Shown piece by piece: positions 54,804-64,000 of a stretch of 64,000 nucleotides of DNA. The notes under the pieces were generated by a model. That model was not told the origin of the DNA and searched no databases. It worked only from the letters and a program-made list of their open reading frames with translations. The position numbers were made by a program, and so were the translations under genes. Each line of letters opens with the position of its first letter. Position 1 is the stretch's first letter. The stretch lies in the NCBI GenBank assembly GCA_963841435.1, contig CAWJCS010000006.1:1504001-1568000 (forward strand). Direction: 5' to 3'. Origin of the DNA: an uncultured delta proteobacterium (GTDB lineage Bacteria > Myxococcota_A > Polyangia > Polyangiales > Polyangiaceae).

Positions 54804-54847
54804 CAGGCGAATCGAAAGTATACACGAGCGCCCCTCTTACCGCTCAC

Positions 54848-56543
54848 GTGACGCCAACGCCCGACTTGCTCTACCCCGACGCGCGGCTCTGGGTTGACGC
54901 TGGCGAGCTCCGCCAGGTGCTCACCTTCGCGTTCGCCTCGGGGTGCGGGTCGGACGCCATCGAGCGCGCCCTCTCGCGCACCGAGGAGCCGCCGAGCCAC
55001 TTCGTGCCCGATTGCTTCGCGAAGGATTCTTTCGTCGAAGATCTCGTGGCGCGCTGCCTTGCCCCGCGCGACAAATCCCGCCCGAGCGCGGCCCGGCGGC
55101 GCTCGCTCGTCGAGCTCTTGACCCGTCCACCGAAGCGCCTCGACGTGGTGCGCTTCCGACAGGCCGTGCTCGCCGAGCTCGTGGAAAAACCGGAGCTCCG
55201 TCGAGGGCTCGAGCGCGCCCTCGCTGCGCTCCGTGAGTTTTTCGCGCTGCTCGAGGGCACCTCGCGCGCCAAAGAGTCCGCGAATGTCTACCGTCGCCTC
55301 GAAGATCCTGCGCGCCTCCCGCGCCGCGCTCGAGGCCGTGGCGGACGCAGCGCCCGGCGCTGCGTCCGGCCTCTTACGGCTCGGCGAGTTCGGCGAGGCG
55401 GTCAGGCAAAGTGACGGTTTTCGTCACCTCGTGGAGCTCTTGGACCACGAGGCGCACCTCGCGACCGTCGACGTACGCCTGCGGCTCGCCCAGGACGGCC
55501 GCATCCGCGGTTTCGAGATCCTGCGCGCGGTGGAGAACGCGAGCAATCGCCATCACACCGGTGCATTCCGACGCTTCCTCACGCGCATCAGGCTCCTCGT
55601 GTTCGGGTATCGCGTGCGCGAGGGCGAGCTCATCGGACGGCTGTTTACGACCGTGTTCGACGAGATCGAGCGCCCGCTCATCGCCTGCTTCCAGATCCGC
55701 CGAGACATCGAATTTTATCTCGGCGCGCTTTCGCTCCGCGACCGAGCCGAGGAAAAGGGCGTCCCCGTCTGCCTGCCGGAGCTCATCGAATGCCCGCCGG
55801 GCTCCGTGGCGCCGCCGTCACGCTTCGAAGCGCTCTACAACCCCCTGCTGCTCCTCGAAGAGCGCCCCCCGCGGCCGAGCGACCTCGTGATCGGCGGCAG
55901 CGCCGCGCTGGTTGTCACGGGCCCGAACTCCGGCGGCAAGACGCGACTCTTGCAGGCCGTCGGGCTCGCGCAGCTGCTCGCGCAGGCCGGGCTGTTCGTG
56001 CCGGCGCGGTCGGCTTCGCTCGCCTCGCGCGAGGGACTGTTCGTCTCCGTCGTCGAGGAGGCGACGGCGGACGCGCGCGAGGGTCGTCTCGGCACCGAGC
56101 TCTTGCGGATCCGGCGGCTTTTCGAAAGGCTTTGCTGGGGCAGTCTCGTCATCGTCGACGAGCTCTGCTCGGGAACCAATCCTTCGGAGGCCGAGGAGAT
56201 ATTCGATCTCGTGCTTTCGCAGCTTGCCGCCATCGAGCCGCAGACCATCGTCACGACGCACTTTTTGCACTTCGCCGCGCGCCTCGAGCGCGAGCGCGCG
56301 CTGCCGCGGCTCGAGTTCCTGCAGGTCGAGCTCGACGCCACGCAGACGCCGACGTTCGGCTTCGTCCCCGGCGTCGCGACCACGTCGCTCGCGCGGCGCA
56401 CGGCCGAGCGACTCGGCGTCACGCGCGAGGCGTTGCGCGCGCTCGTCGACGATGCGAAGCGCGAGCGGGGGATCCGCGTCAGCGAAGCGCCCAAGCGGCT
56501 CCCCGCCACGGGCGAGCGTGGCGACCTCGACTCCGGCTCCTAA
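54848..56543 (+). CDS. MutS-related ATPase (domain V, no mismatch-binding domain), +1 frameshift near 55302
   Basis: VTGPNSGGKT, AQAG.FVP, EGRLGTE, DELCSGTNP.E, TTH in the downstream frame; V.FRQAVL.EL in the upstream frame. Confidence 0.75.
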
Positions 56544-57238
56544 CGGCGTTCGAGGCGGAAGAGGCGCTTGCCCTCGTGCTCGACGGGACCGCTCACGACG
56601 AGCCGGTCGAGCGCAATCTCGCGGATCCTGCCCTGTCCGAATAGATCGCGCAGCGTGAGCCTATCGCCCTCGACGGTGAGCACCTCCGCGCGCCCGAACG
56701 CGAAGTGGTGCACGAGATCGCCGCGCTCGGGCCGCTGGCCGTTGTCGCCGTCGTCGTCGTCGTCGGGGGCGGCGATGCCGACGCTCGCGGCGAAGCGCGA
56801 GTGCGGCACTGCCGGGCGGTGGACGTTCTTTTTGGCCAACGCCCGCGCCTCGCCGTCGTCTTTGGGCGCGGCCGCCACGTTCGGAGCACGGCGCTCCGCC
56901 CCGAGTCGCTCGCCCGTCATGCTGAGACACATGGCACTGACGCCACCCGACGTGGCCTCGACGAGGAGTCCCGCAATGACCTGGTTGGCGGCGCCCTCTG
57001 CCCGCGACAGTGTCACGCCGTACGGGCCACCGAGCGGGCCCGTGCACGCAGCAAGCGCGAACCGCCCGCGCAGCACCCGCCGCACGTCGGCCGCCTCGCC
57101 GGCGAGCCTGAGCTCGGGGTCTTCCACGAACCCCACGGCGTGCACCCAGCCGCCGCCGACGTTGAACGCCTCGGTAAGGCTTTGAACGAGCGGCACGCCG
57201 GCCGGGATGTCTCGAAACGCAGGCGGTGCTTCTCTCAT
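56540..57238 (-). CDS. PPC/DUF296-like domain fused to a C-terminal Tudor-like (PcrA/UvrD-CTD-like) domain
   Basis: IPAG..LVQSL..GWV.AVG.V....LR..G.F.L....G..VIAGLL.EA pattern; C-terminal GDLVHH.AFG..EV..VEGDRL.L. Confidence 0.5.
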   Translation of the reverse strand: MREAPPAFRDIPAGVPLVQSLTEAFNVGGGWVHAVGFVEDPELRLAGEAADVRRVLRGRFALAACTGPLGGPYGVTLSRAEGAANQVIAGLLVEATSGGVSAMCLSMTGERLGAERRAPNVAAAPKDDGEARALAKKNVHRPAVPHSRFAASVGIAAPDDDDDGDNGQRPERGDLVHHFAFGRAEVLTVEGDRLTLRDLFGQGRIREIALDRLVVSGPVEHEGKRLFRLERR

Positions 57239-57258
57239 TTTCGAACGGCGGCGGGTCC

Positions 57259-58527
57259 CTAGCGCAACCCGTGCGCCTGTCGAAGCCGGGCAGCCTTGAG
57301 CCACAAATAGTTTCGCTCGGGGACGCTCGAGGTGCGTTCTGCCGCGCCGCGGAAGGCCGCGAGCGCCGCCGCGTGGTCGCCGGCGCGCTCCGACAGGTGT
57401 CCCCGCGCCGCGAACAGCAGGTGATGCTCCCGGAGCCGCGCGTCGCGACCGAGCGGCTCGAGGAGCTCGAGCCCGCGCTCCGGGCCGTGCACCATGGCGA
57501 ACGCGATCGCGCGATTCAGGGTCACGATCGGGTTTTGGGTGATGCGCTCGAGCACGTCGTAAAGGGCGAGGATTTGCGGCCAGTCGGTCTCGTCGACGCT
57601 CGGCGCTTCGTCGTGGAGCGCGGCGATGGCGGCTTGCAGCTGATAGACGCCCGGGGCGCCGCCGGCGAGCGCTCGGCTGACGAGCTCGGTGCCCTCGCGC
57701 ACGAGCCGCCGATCCCAGCGCGAGCGGTCTTGCTCGTCGAGGGGGACGAGCTCGCCGTCGGGGCCCGAGCGTGCCGGACGGCGAGCATCGGTGAGCAACA
57801 TGAGCGCGAGCAAACCCTGCGCCTCGCGCTCGTCTGGCAAGAGCCGTTCGAGCTCTCGCGCGAGGCGAATCGCTTCGTCGGATAGATCGACGCGACTCAG
57901 GCCCGCACCCGAGCTCTGCAAGTAGCCCTCGTTGAAGACGAGGTAGAGCACGTGGAGCACGGCCGCTAGCCGTGCCGAGCGTTCGCTCGGTCCGGGCATG
58001 GCGAATCGGCCGCCTGCCTGCTCTATCAGGCGCTTGGCGCGACTGATGCGCTGGGCCATCGTCGCCTCGGGCACGAGGAAGGAGCGCGCGATCTCGGCCG
58101 TCGTGAGCCCGCCGACGGCGCGGAGCGTCAACGCGATGGCCGACGTGCGCGTCAGGGCTGGATGGCAGCACATGAAGAGCAGGAGCAACATGTCGTCCTG
58201 TTCGGGCTCGCGGTCGGAGTCGGGCGGCGGCGCGAACGCTGCGTCATCGGGCTCGAGCGCGCTCGCCCTGGTTTCGCGCTTGCGGCGAGCGCTATCACTG
58301 CGCACGCGGTCGAGAAGGCGCCTGGCGGCGACCTGGACGAGCCAGGCGCGCGGGTCGTCCGGCAGCCCCGCCTCGGGCCACTGTGTCGAAGCGGCCAAGA
58401 GCGCCTCCTGAACGGCGTCTTCCGCGGTGGCGAAATCGGAGGTACGCCGCGCGACCACGCCCAGGACCTGCGGCGACAGCGCGCGCAGCAGGTCCCGGAT
58501 CATCGGTAAGGTGGCGCCGTCGCTCAC
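57259..58527 (-). CDS. ECF sigma factor, ECF42-type (DUF6596/TPR C-terminal extension)
   Basis: AEDAVQEA, LLFMCCHPAL, GGLTT.EIAR.FLV.E.TMAQRISRAK, YL.FNEGY, LDEQDRSRWD, YQLQAAIAA.H, TDW.QI..LY. Confidence 0.9.
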   Translation of the reverse strand: MSDGATLPMIRDLLRALSPQVLGVVARRTSDFATAEDAVQEALLAASTQWPEAGLPDDPRAWLVQVAARRLLDRVRSDSARRKRETRASALEPDDAAFAPPPDSDREPEQDDMLLLLFMCCHPALTRTSAIALTLRAVGGLTTAEIARSFLVPEATMAQRISRAKRLIEQAGGRFAMPGPSERSARLAAVLHVLYLVFNEGYLQSSGAGLSRVDLSDEAIRLARELERLLPDEREAQGLLALMLLTDARRPARSGPDGELVPLDEQDRSRWDRRLVREGTELVSRALAGGAPGVYQLQAAIAALHDEAPSVDETDWPQILALYDVLERITQNPIVTLNRAIAFAMVHGPERGLELLEPLGRDARLREHHLLFAARGHLSERAGDHAAALAAFRGAAERTSSVPERNYLWLKAARLRQAHGLR

Positions 58528-58922
58528 GGCTCGACGGGCGGCCCGCTCATCACCTCGCGCACCTCGATGGCGATCCCGAGCGGCTTGCCCCCGGGCCCCG
58601 GCGCCGCCGATGCGCGCGCCGCGATGGCGTACGCCTGCTCGGCCGAATCGACGTCGACGATCCAGTAGCCGGCCAAAAATTCCTTCGACTCCGCAAACGG
58701 TCCGTCGGTCACCTCCGGCGCCCCGTCCTTCCCCGCCCGCACGATGCGAGCCTGACCGGGCGGCGCGAGCCCTTCGGCGCCCACCAGCGCGCCCTCGCGC
58801 GCAAGATCCTTGTTGAGGCTCACCATGAACCCGATGTGAGCCTTGAGCTCGTCCCGCGACCAGCTCGCAACGCCCCAGTCACCCGTGCCTCGCGGCGCAT
58901 GCATCATCAACATGAACTTCAT
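58524..58922 (-). CDS. YciI/DGPF family protein
   Basis: VTDGPFAESKEFLAGYW; directly upstream of the ECF42-type sigma. Confidence 0.9.
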   Translation of the reverse strand: MKFMLMMHAPRGTGDWGVASWSRDELKAHIGFMVSLNKDLAREGALVGAEGLAPPGQARIVRAGKDGAPEVTDGPFAESKEFLAGYWIVDVDSAEQAYAIAARASAAPGPGGKPLGIAIEVREVMSGPPVEP

Positions 58923-59045
58923 CGTCGTGCTCCTCGTTTCGGCCCGCCCCGATCGGCGGGCTCATCGGGAAGTCGGAGCCGCCCGGTCGCTCTCGACATG
59001 CATCGCGCCGAATCTAGCCGACCCGCCCGAAGGTGGCCCGGAAAG

Positions 59046-59792
59046 TCAGCCGCAGGGCTTCGGGGAGAACCAGCGCGCGGGACGCGTAGGGCCGAGGAGC
59101 TTCGGGGCCGTTGCGGCCGGCAGCCACGCGAGCGCGGCGGCGAGAAGATCTCGCCCGTGAGTCTCGATGGGCGTCCCGTGCCCGACGATCAGCCCCTCGA
59201 ACGGGTGGCCGAGTAGCTCGTCCAGGCTTCGGCGAGCGGCGCTGCGATCGTAAAACGCCGTCCAGCGAATCGCCCGGCTCAGGGCGACGCGCCCGTAAAA
59301 TCCCATGGCGGAGCTGTAGATCTTCGTCCAGCGCTCCGGAGGGCGCCCGATGTTGTGCACGAGATCGGTGACGATGGCCGTGGCGCTCGGGCGGTGAACG
59401 AGCACCGTCTCCGAGAGGAGAAAGCCCTGGATCGGCAGCTCTTCGACGACACCGGGCAACGCAGGCGCGCCGCCCTGGTCGTGAAAGCGATCGATGCGAA
59501 GCTCCGGTCTCTTCTTCGCCAGCGCCTCGGGAGCGTGCAGCTGCGCTTCGGGAAACGCCTGGCTCCACTCGCCGATCCAGCGGTGATGAAACGTGTTCGG
59601 CGCGTAGAGATGGGCAACGCGCCCGAGCGACTCGACCTCCGCACGCCGCTCGGGCGTGAGCGGCAGCGGTGAATGCAGGAGCAACCCCTCGCCTTCACCC
59701 CGCAGCACCGTCATGGTCGCCGTGAGCTTCATCCCCACGATCGACACCGGCCCCGTGTCGTACCAGACGCCCTGAGCGAACGGCGTGAGCAT
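59046..59792 (-). CDS. DUF4336 family protein (MBL-like)
   Basis: MTVLR..G.LLHSP, APN.FH, E....H.PS.T.IVTDL, IVGHG. Confidence 0.75.
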   Translation of the reverse strand: MLTPFAQGVWYDTGPVSIVGMKLTATMTVLRGEGEGLLLHSPLPLTPERRAEVESLGRVAHLYAPNTFHHRWIGEWSQAFPEAQLHAPEALAKKRPELRIDRFHDQGGAPALPGVVEELPIQGFLLSETVLVHRPSATAIVTDLVHNIGRPPERWTKIYSSAMGFYGRVALSRAIRWTAFYDRSAARRSLDELLGHPFEGLIVGHGTPIETHGRDLLAAALAWLPAATAPKLLGPTRPARWFSPKPCG

Positions 59793-59911
59793 GAAGACAG
59801 CGTAGGGCCCACGTTGGGGGCCCGGCAAGCAGACCGCGCCGAGCTCGGGGAAAGCGAGATCCCCTGGGAACGACGGGGCACCGGGCAGAGCGTCACACGA
59901 ACGGCTGCCTC

Positions 59912-59946
59912 GTACCCTTGCGCGGTATACCTCAATGAGGTATGTT
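59912..59946 (+). promoter_or_regulatory. higBA promoter with two overlapping palindromic operators
   Basis: TTGCGC(59918-23)-N17-TATGTT(59941-46); GTACC-N7-GGTAT (59912-28) and perfect ATACCTCA-A-TGAGGTAT (59927-43). Confidence 0.65.
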
Positions 59947-59952
59947 TTTCGG

Positions 59953-60243
59953 GTGAGCATCCGAGGATTCGCCCGCAAGCCGGTCGAAGCCTTCTTCCTC
60001 ACGGGCCGGGCTCCTCGTCGAGAGGGGTGGGCATCGGCCTCGAGCGTGGTCAAGAGAAAGCTCGACGTGATCGACTACGCCGCCGCCCTGCACGACCTGT
60101 CGTCACCTCCGGGCAATCGACTGGAGGCCCTGCGTGGTGCCCTGAAAGGCTTTCACAGCATCCGCATCGACGATCAGTGGCGAATCGTCTTCCGCTGGAC
60201 GCCAGACGGACCCAACGAGGTCGACATTCGCGATTACCACTGA
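59953..60243 (+). CDS. higB: HigB (RelE-superfamily) toxin
   Basis: I.GF....E.FF..G, RKL..ID.A..L.DL..PPGNRLEAL.G...G.HSIRI.DQWRI.F.W...V.I.DYH. Confidence 0.9.
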   Translation: MSIRGFARKPVEAFFLTGRAPRREGWASASSVVKRKLDVIDYAAALHDLSSPPGNRLEALRGALKGFHSIRIDDQWRIVFRWTPDGPNEVDIRDYH

Positions 60244-60252
60244 AGGAGCCCC

Positions 60253-60564
60253 ATGGACCGAACTCGAATGACCCGCCCCCCTACGACGCCCGGCGAAATT
60301 CTCCGAGACGAGTACCTCGTCCCCCTCGAGATGAGTCAAAAGGAGCTCGCTGACCACATCGACCAGGACGTGAAGGTGATCAATCGCATCGTGAACGGCA
60401 GGTCTGCCGTCACCGCGGAGGTGGCACTCAAGCTCGCTGCAACCTTCAGCACCACGCCCGAGTTCTGGCTGAACGCGCAGAAGGCCGTCGATCTTTTTGC
60501 GGCGCGGAGCAAGCTGCGCCGGCTTCCGAAGCCGATTGTCGCCGGTGGCCGACCGGCGGCGTGA
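60253..60564 (+). CDS. higA: HigA (VapI) HTH antitoxin
   Basis: PGEILRDEYL.PL.MSQ.ELA, IVNGR..VT...AL.LA..F.TTPEFWLN.Q..DL. Confidence 0.9.
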   Translation: MDRTRMTRPPTTPGEILRDEYLVPLEMSQKELADHIDQDVKVINRIVNGRSAVTAEVALKLAATFSTTPEFWLNAQKAVDLFAARSKLRRLPKPIVAGGRPAA

Positions 60565-60568
60565 AGGG

Positions 60569-60642
60569 CGTCCCCAACGGGATTCGAACCCGTGTTACAG
60601 CCTTGAAAGGGCCGTGTCCTGGGCCGGCTAGACGATGGGGAC
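60569..60642 (-). tRNA. tRNA-Glu (anticodon TTC)
   Basis: Reverse complement GTCCCCATCGTCTAGCCGGCCCAGGACACGGCCCTTTCAAGGCTGTAACACGGGTTCGAATCCCGTTGGGGACG. Confidence 0.95.
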
Positions 60643-60681
60643 CGGGCTTAGGGTCGCGGACCATAGTCGCAAGCGGGGGGC

Positions 60682-63117
60682 ATGACAATCCGGTATGGTG
60701 GCGGCCGCGTGACGACCAGCGCGGAGGCCGAGAGCGGCTCGAGCGAGCGGGCAACGGGGCGCCAGGTGGCGCGCGCCTTTCCCTATCCGGCGGTCGTCGG
60801 GCTGTTCGTCGCGTCGGGCGCGGCGGGGCTCGTCGATCAGGTCTGTTTCTCGAAGTACCTGTCGTACGCGCTCGGCTCGACGGCATATGCCGTGAGCGCC
60901 GTCCTCGCGGCGTTCATGACGGGTCTCGCGCTCGGGGCGTATCTCGGCGGTCGGTACGCGGTTCGCATCGCTCGGCCCGTCGTCGCGTACGGCGTCCTCG
61001 AGCTCGTCGTCGCGCTTGCCGTGGCCGTCACGCCGCTCGAATTCGACGTGCTGACGCGCGTGTACGCCCGGCTCGCGCAGCTCGCGCCGGAATCGATGGC
61101 GCTGCTCAGCGCGCTGCGCTGGCTCGTGGCGCTCTCGATCGTCGTCGTGCCGACGACCGCGATGGGCGCAACGCTGCCGATCCTCACGCGCGCCCTCGGT
61201 CCGGCCCGGCGTCAGGCGCAGCTCGGTGGGCTTTATGCGGCCAATACGTTCGGCGGCGCGGCCGGCGCGCTGGCGGCGGCGTACGTCGTGCTCCCCTTCG
61301 TCGGTTTGCGCGGCACGCTGCTCGGCGGCGCGTTGCTGAGCGCCATCGTGGGTGGGGTTGCCGTCCTGGTCGGACGTGAGGTGCCTGCCGCGAGCGAGCC
61401 GCGCCCCTTCGAGGCGGAGGCTTCGAGCGAGGAGCCGGTGGGCAGCGAGCGCGCAATGCTCGTCGGGCTCGCCGTGCTGTCGGGTGCCCTCGCCTTCGCG
61501 GCGGAGGTCGTGTTCACGCACCTGCTCGCGTTGCTCGTGGGAAACAGCGCCTACGCGTTCGGTCTTATCCTCGCTGTGTTTCTGTGCTGTCTGTTTGCCG
61601 GCGCGGCCCTCGCCGGGTGGTTCGGCGCGCGGTTCGGCAGGCAGGCGCTCGGCCTCGGGCTTTCGGGGACGGCGCTGGCTTTCGCGCTCACCCTGCCCCT
61701 CTGGGATCGTCTCCCGCTGCTCTTCGCCTCTCTCGGTCCGAGCGTCACGAGCTTCGGTGGGCGCGAGGTCGTGCGTGCGCTCGCGGCTTTCCTCGTGCTG
61801 TGCGTGCCGACCACCACCATGGGGCTCACGTTCCCGCTGCTTCTTTCGCGCGTTGCGCGGTCGAACGCGCCGAGCCGCTGGGTCGGCAAGCTCACGGCCG
61901 TGAACACCCTCGGAGCCGTCGCGGGGTCGCTCGGCACGGGCTACGTGCTCTTGCCGCTCGTGGGCTCGGAGCGCTCGCTGCTCGCCATCTTGCTGCTCTT
62001 CGCGCTCGGGGCCGTGATCGTCGCGCTCGTCGGGCGCCGGGGCCGCACGCCGACGCTCGTCGTGGCGCTCGCCGCAGCGCTGCTCGTCCCGCTCACGCCG
62101 CGTTGGAACCTCGCGCGGCTTACGGGCGGCTCGAACGTTTACTTCGAGCGCTGGGTCGAGCCCGATGCGATCCCGTTTTTGCGCGAGGACGTGCACGGCG
62201 GCGTCACGACGGTCACCCGCGCGCACGGGGTGAGCACGCTCTATACCAACGGCAAATTCCAGGGCAACACCGGCTGGGAGATGAGCGCCCAGCGCTTCTT
62301 CGCTCACTACCCTTCCCTCTTCGTGCCCCATTTCGACCGTGCGCTCGTCATCGGCCTCGGCACGGGGACGACGCTCGGAACGCTGGCCGCTTACCCGTGG
62401 AAAAAGCTCGACGTCGTCGAGATTTCGCCCGCCATCGTCGAAGCGGCACGCGAGTATTTTCAAGTCGGCAATCGGGGCGCGATCGACGATCCGCGCGTCA
62501 CGCTGCACCACGCCGACGGGCGAAACTTCGTGCTCGTCGACGACGGCCGCTACGACCTCGTGAGCATGGAGCTTTCGAGCATCTGGTTCGCGGGGGCCGC
62601 GAGCCTTTACAGCCGTGAGTTTTATCACCTCGTGAGGGAGCGCCTCGCGCCGGGCGGCGTGTTCCAGCAGTGGGTGCAGCTCCACCACGTCGAGCGGCGA
62701 GATTTTGCTACCGTCGTGGCGACGCTGCGCAGCGAATTTTCGCACGTGGCGCTCTTCTACGGCGGCGGACAGGGCATCCTCGTTGCCAGCGAGCGCCCGC
62801 TCCGCAGCTCGCGCACGCGCCTCCGCGCCCTCGAAGCACGGCCGGGGTTCCGCGACGTGCTGCCGGACGATCGGGAGCTCGCCGCGCTCACGGGCGACGT
62901 GCTCGCGCTCGACGCAGGTCTCGACGCGTTCCTGGCGGAAACCGCCCAACAGGAGGGCGTCGCCCTCGGCGAGCTCGTCTCGACCGACCAGAACCTTTAC
63001 CTCGAATACGCGACACCACGCGGGAACGTGCTCCCGTGGGCGACGCGCGACGCGCTGGTGCGCGACATTTGGCGCTTTCACGAGGCGCGCGCGGTCGCGC
63101 GCCTGGTTCGGCCCTGA
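60682..63117 (+). CDS. Fused MFS-like membrane domain / spermidine synthase-like methyltransferase
   Basis: About 13 TMs (SG..GL..QV, G.LYAANT.G), LVIGLGTGTT, VVEISP, DGRNF, LYSREFY...L.PGG...QW. Confidence 0.85.
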   Translation: MTIRYGGGRVTTSAEAESGSSERATGRQVARAFPYPAVVGLFVASGAAGLVDQVCFSKYLSYALGSTAYAVSAVLAAFMTGLALGAYLGGRYAVRIARPVVAYGVLELVVALAVAVTPLEFDVLTRVYARLAQLAPESMALLSALRWLVALSIVVVPTTAMGATLPILTRALGPARRQAQLGGLYAANTFGGAAGALAAAYVVLPFVGLRGTLLGGALLSAIVGGVAVLVGREVPAASEPRPFEAEASSEEPVGSERAMLVGLAVLSGALAFAAEVVFTHLLALLVGNSAYAFGLILAVFLCCLFAGAALAGWFGARFGRQALGLGLSGTALAFALTLPLWDRLPLLFASLGPSVTSFGGREVVRALAAFLVLCVPTTTMGLTFPLLLSRVARSNAPSRWVGKLTAVNTLGAVAGSLGTGYVLLPLVGSERSLLAILLLFALGAVIVALVGRRGRTPTLVVALAAALLVPLTPRWNLARLTGGSNVYFERWVEPDAIPFLREDVHGGVTTVTRAHGVSTLYTNGKFQGNTGWEMSAQRFFAHYPSLFVPHFDRALVIGLGTGTTLGTLAAYPWKKLDVVEISPAIVEAAREYFQVGNRGAIDDPRVTLHHADGRNFVLVDDGRYDLVSMELSSIWFAGAASLYSREFYHLVRERLAPGGVFQQWVQLHHVERRDFATVVATLRSEFSHVALFYGGGQGILVASERPLRSSRTRLRALEARPGFRDVLPDDRELAALTGDVLALDAGLDAFLAETAQQEGVALGELVSTDQNLYLEYATPRGNVLPWATRDALVRDIWRFHEARAVARLVRP

Positions 63118-63124
63118 GCGCGGC

Positions 63125-64000
63125 TCAGGCGCTCCGCGCTCGGTCGCCGGCGCGGCGGCGGCGCGCGGGGGCCACCTCGACGGTGTTCGTTTCGCTCGGG
63201 AGCTCGATGAGGCCGGAGCCCGTGCGCGCCTTGCGCGGCGCGCCAGCGTGCAGCGTTGCCCGGTCGAGAATCGCCTGGCACAGCGAATCGAAATCGAAGC
63301 CCGCGGCCGCCGCGATCTTCGGCAAGAGGCTCTGCTCGGTCAAGCCGGGCAACGTGTTGACCTCGAGCACGTATTCGTTCTGGCCTTCGGTGACGAGCAG
63401 GTCCACGCGGACCGCACCCCGCGTCTCGAGCGCCCCGGCGGCGCGCTCCGCGAGGTTGAGGACGCCGCGGTAGCGCGTCGGGGGCAGGCGCGCGGGCATG
63501 AAGTAGTCCGTCATGCCTGGCGTGTATTTCGCCTCGAAATCGTAGAGCCCGCTGTGCGGCGCCACCTCGATGGCGCCGAGCACGCGACCGTCGAGCAAGC
63601 CGACCGCGATCTCCTTGCCGGTTACGAAGCGCTCCACGAGGAGCGACGAGTCGAACGAAAGAGCCTCGAGAACGGCGGGGCGAAGCTCGCTCGGCCCACC
63701 GACGCGCGAAACGCCGAGGCTCGAGCCCTCACGCCGCGGCTTGACGACGCAGGGGTAACCGAACGAACCGTGGACCTCGTCGAGATCCTCGACCTGGGCG
63801 GCGTCGAGCACGTAGTACGGCGGCGTCGGCACGTTGTGGAGTCGGAACATCTCCTTGGCCTTCAGCTTGTCCATGGCAAGGGCGCTCGAAAGCACGCTCG
63901 AGCCGGTGTACGGGATGCCGAGCAGCTCGAGCAGCCCCTGCACGCAGCCGTCCTCGCCGAGCCTGCCGTGCAAGGCCAGGAAGGCGGCGTCGATGTCGGC
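63125..64000 (-). CDS. ddl: D-alanine--D-alanine ligase (5' partial)
   Basis: AFLALHG..GEDG..QG.LE...IPYTGS, MDK, VKP..EGSS.G, YDFEAKY, RVD, LEVNTLPG.T..SL.P. Confidence 0.93.
   Translation of the reverse strand, partial: ADIDAAFLALHGRLGEDGCVQGLLELLGIPYTGSSVLSSALAMDKLKAKEMFRLHNVPTPPYYVLDAAQVEDLDEVHGSFGYPCVVKPRREGSSLGVSRVGGPSELRPAVLEALSFDSSLLVERFVTGKEIAVGLLDGRVLGAIEVAPHSGLYDFEAKYTPGMTDYFMPARLPPTRYRGVLNLAERAAGALETRGAVRVDLLVTEGQNEYVLEVNTLPGLTEQSLLPKIAAAAGFDFDSLCQAILDRATLHAGAPRKARTGSGLIELPSETNTVEVAPARRRRAGDRARSA

Noticed and set aside
57239-58171. 543-aa ORF extension upstream of the PPC-Tudor gene
   Set aside because: Alternative frame over the ECF sigma gene; Arg-rich shadow.
57259-58922. ECF42 + YciI/DGPF pair as a novel system
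   Set aside because: This is an established conserved gene pairing.
59800-60680. Prophage or integrative element at tRNA-Glu
   Set aside because: No integrase, phage genes or duplicated tRNA 3' end found by eye; only HigBA is present.

Overview
High-GC (roughly 70% by eye) bacterial chromosomal segment. Its gene content suggests Myxococcota, probably Polyangiales (inference): Hanks-type kinases, a TPR/PEGA protein, many Cys-rich lipoproteins and a class II PDE. Housekeeping genes include lon, hisB-hisH-hisA, pgsA, epmA, bolA-grxD-surE-apt, hemH, queG, pdxH, argF, a cyclophilin, ddl (partial) and three tRNAs. Also present are a GldA/F/G-like ABC operon, an ECF42-YciI pair, a HigBA module and peptidoglycan enzymes. 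Highlights: (1) an ~80-aa Bd0055/HBb-like bacterial histone gene convergent on a tRNA pair; (2) a Lon with intact ATPase motifs but Gln in place of the catalytic Lys, heading the same-strand gene run that ends in the histone; (3) a TPR/PEGA gene plus two Cys-rich lipoproteins sharing a post-lipobox motif (CQxVLGDFE), one with ten 135-bp repeats, convergent on a membrane kinase; (4) EpmA with an apparent N-terminal OB fold; (5) an orphan FliQ/SctS gene; (6) a PPC + PcrA-CTD-like Tudor fusion; (7) a fully readable HigBA promoter/double operator; (8) four +1 frameshifts, three in the same CTCGA(A) context, probably sequencing artefacts. No CRISPR array, rRNA, integrase or transposase was seen. 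All calls are by motif recognition without database searches.
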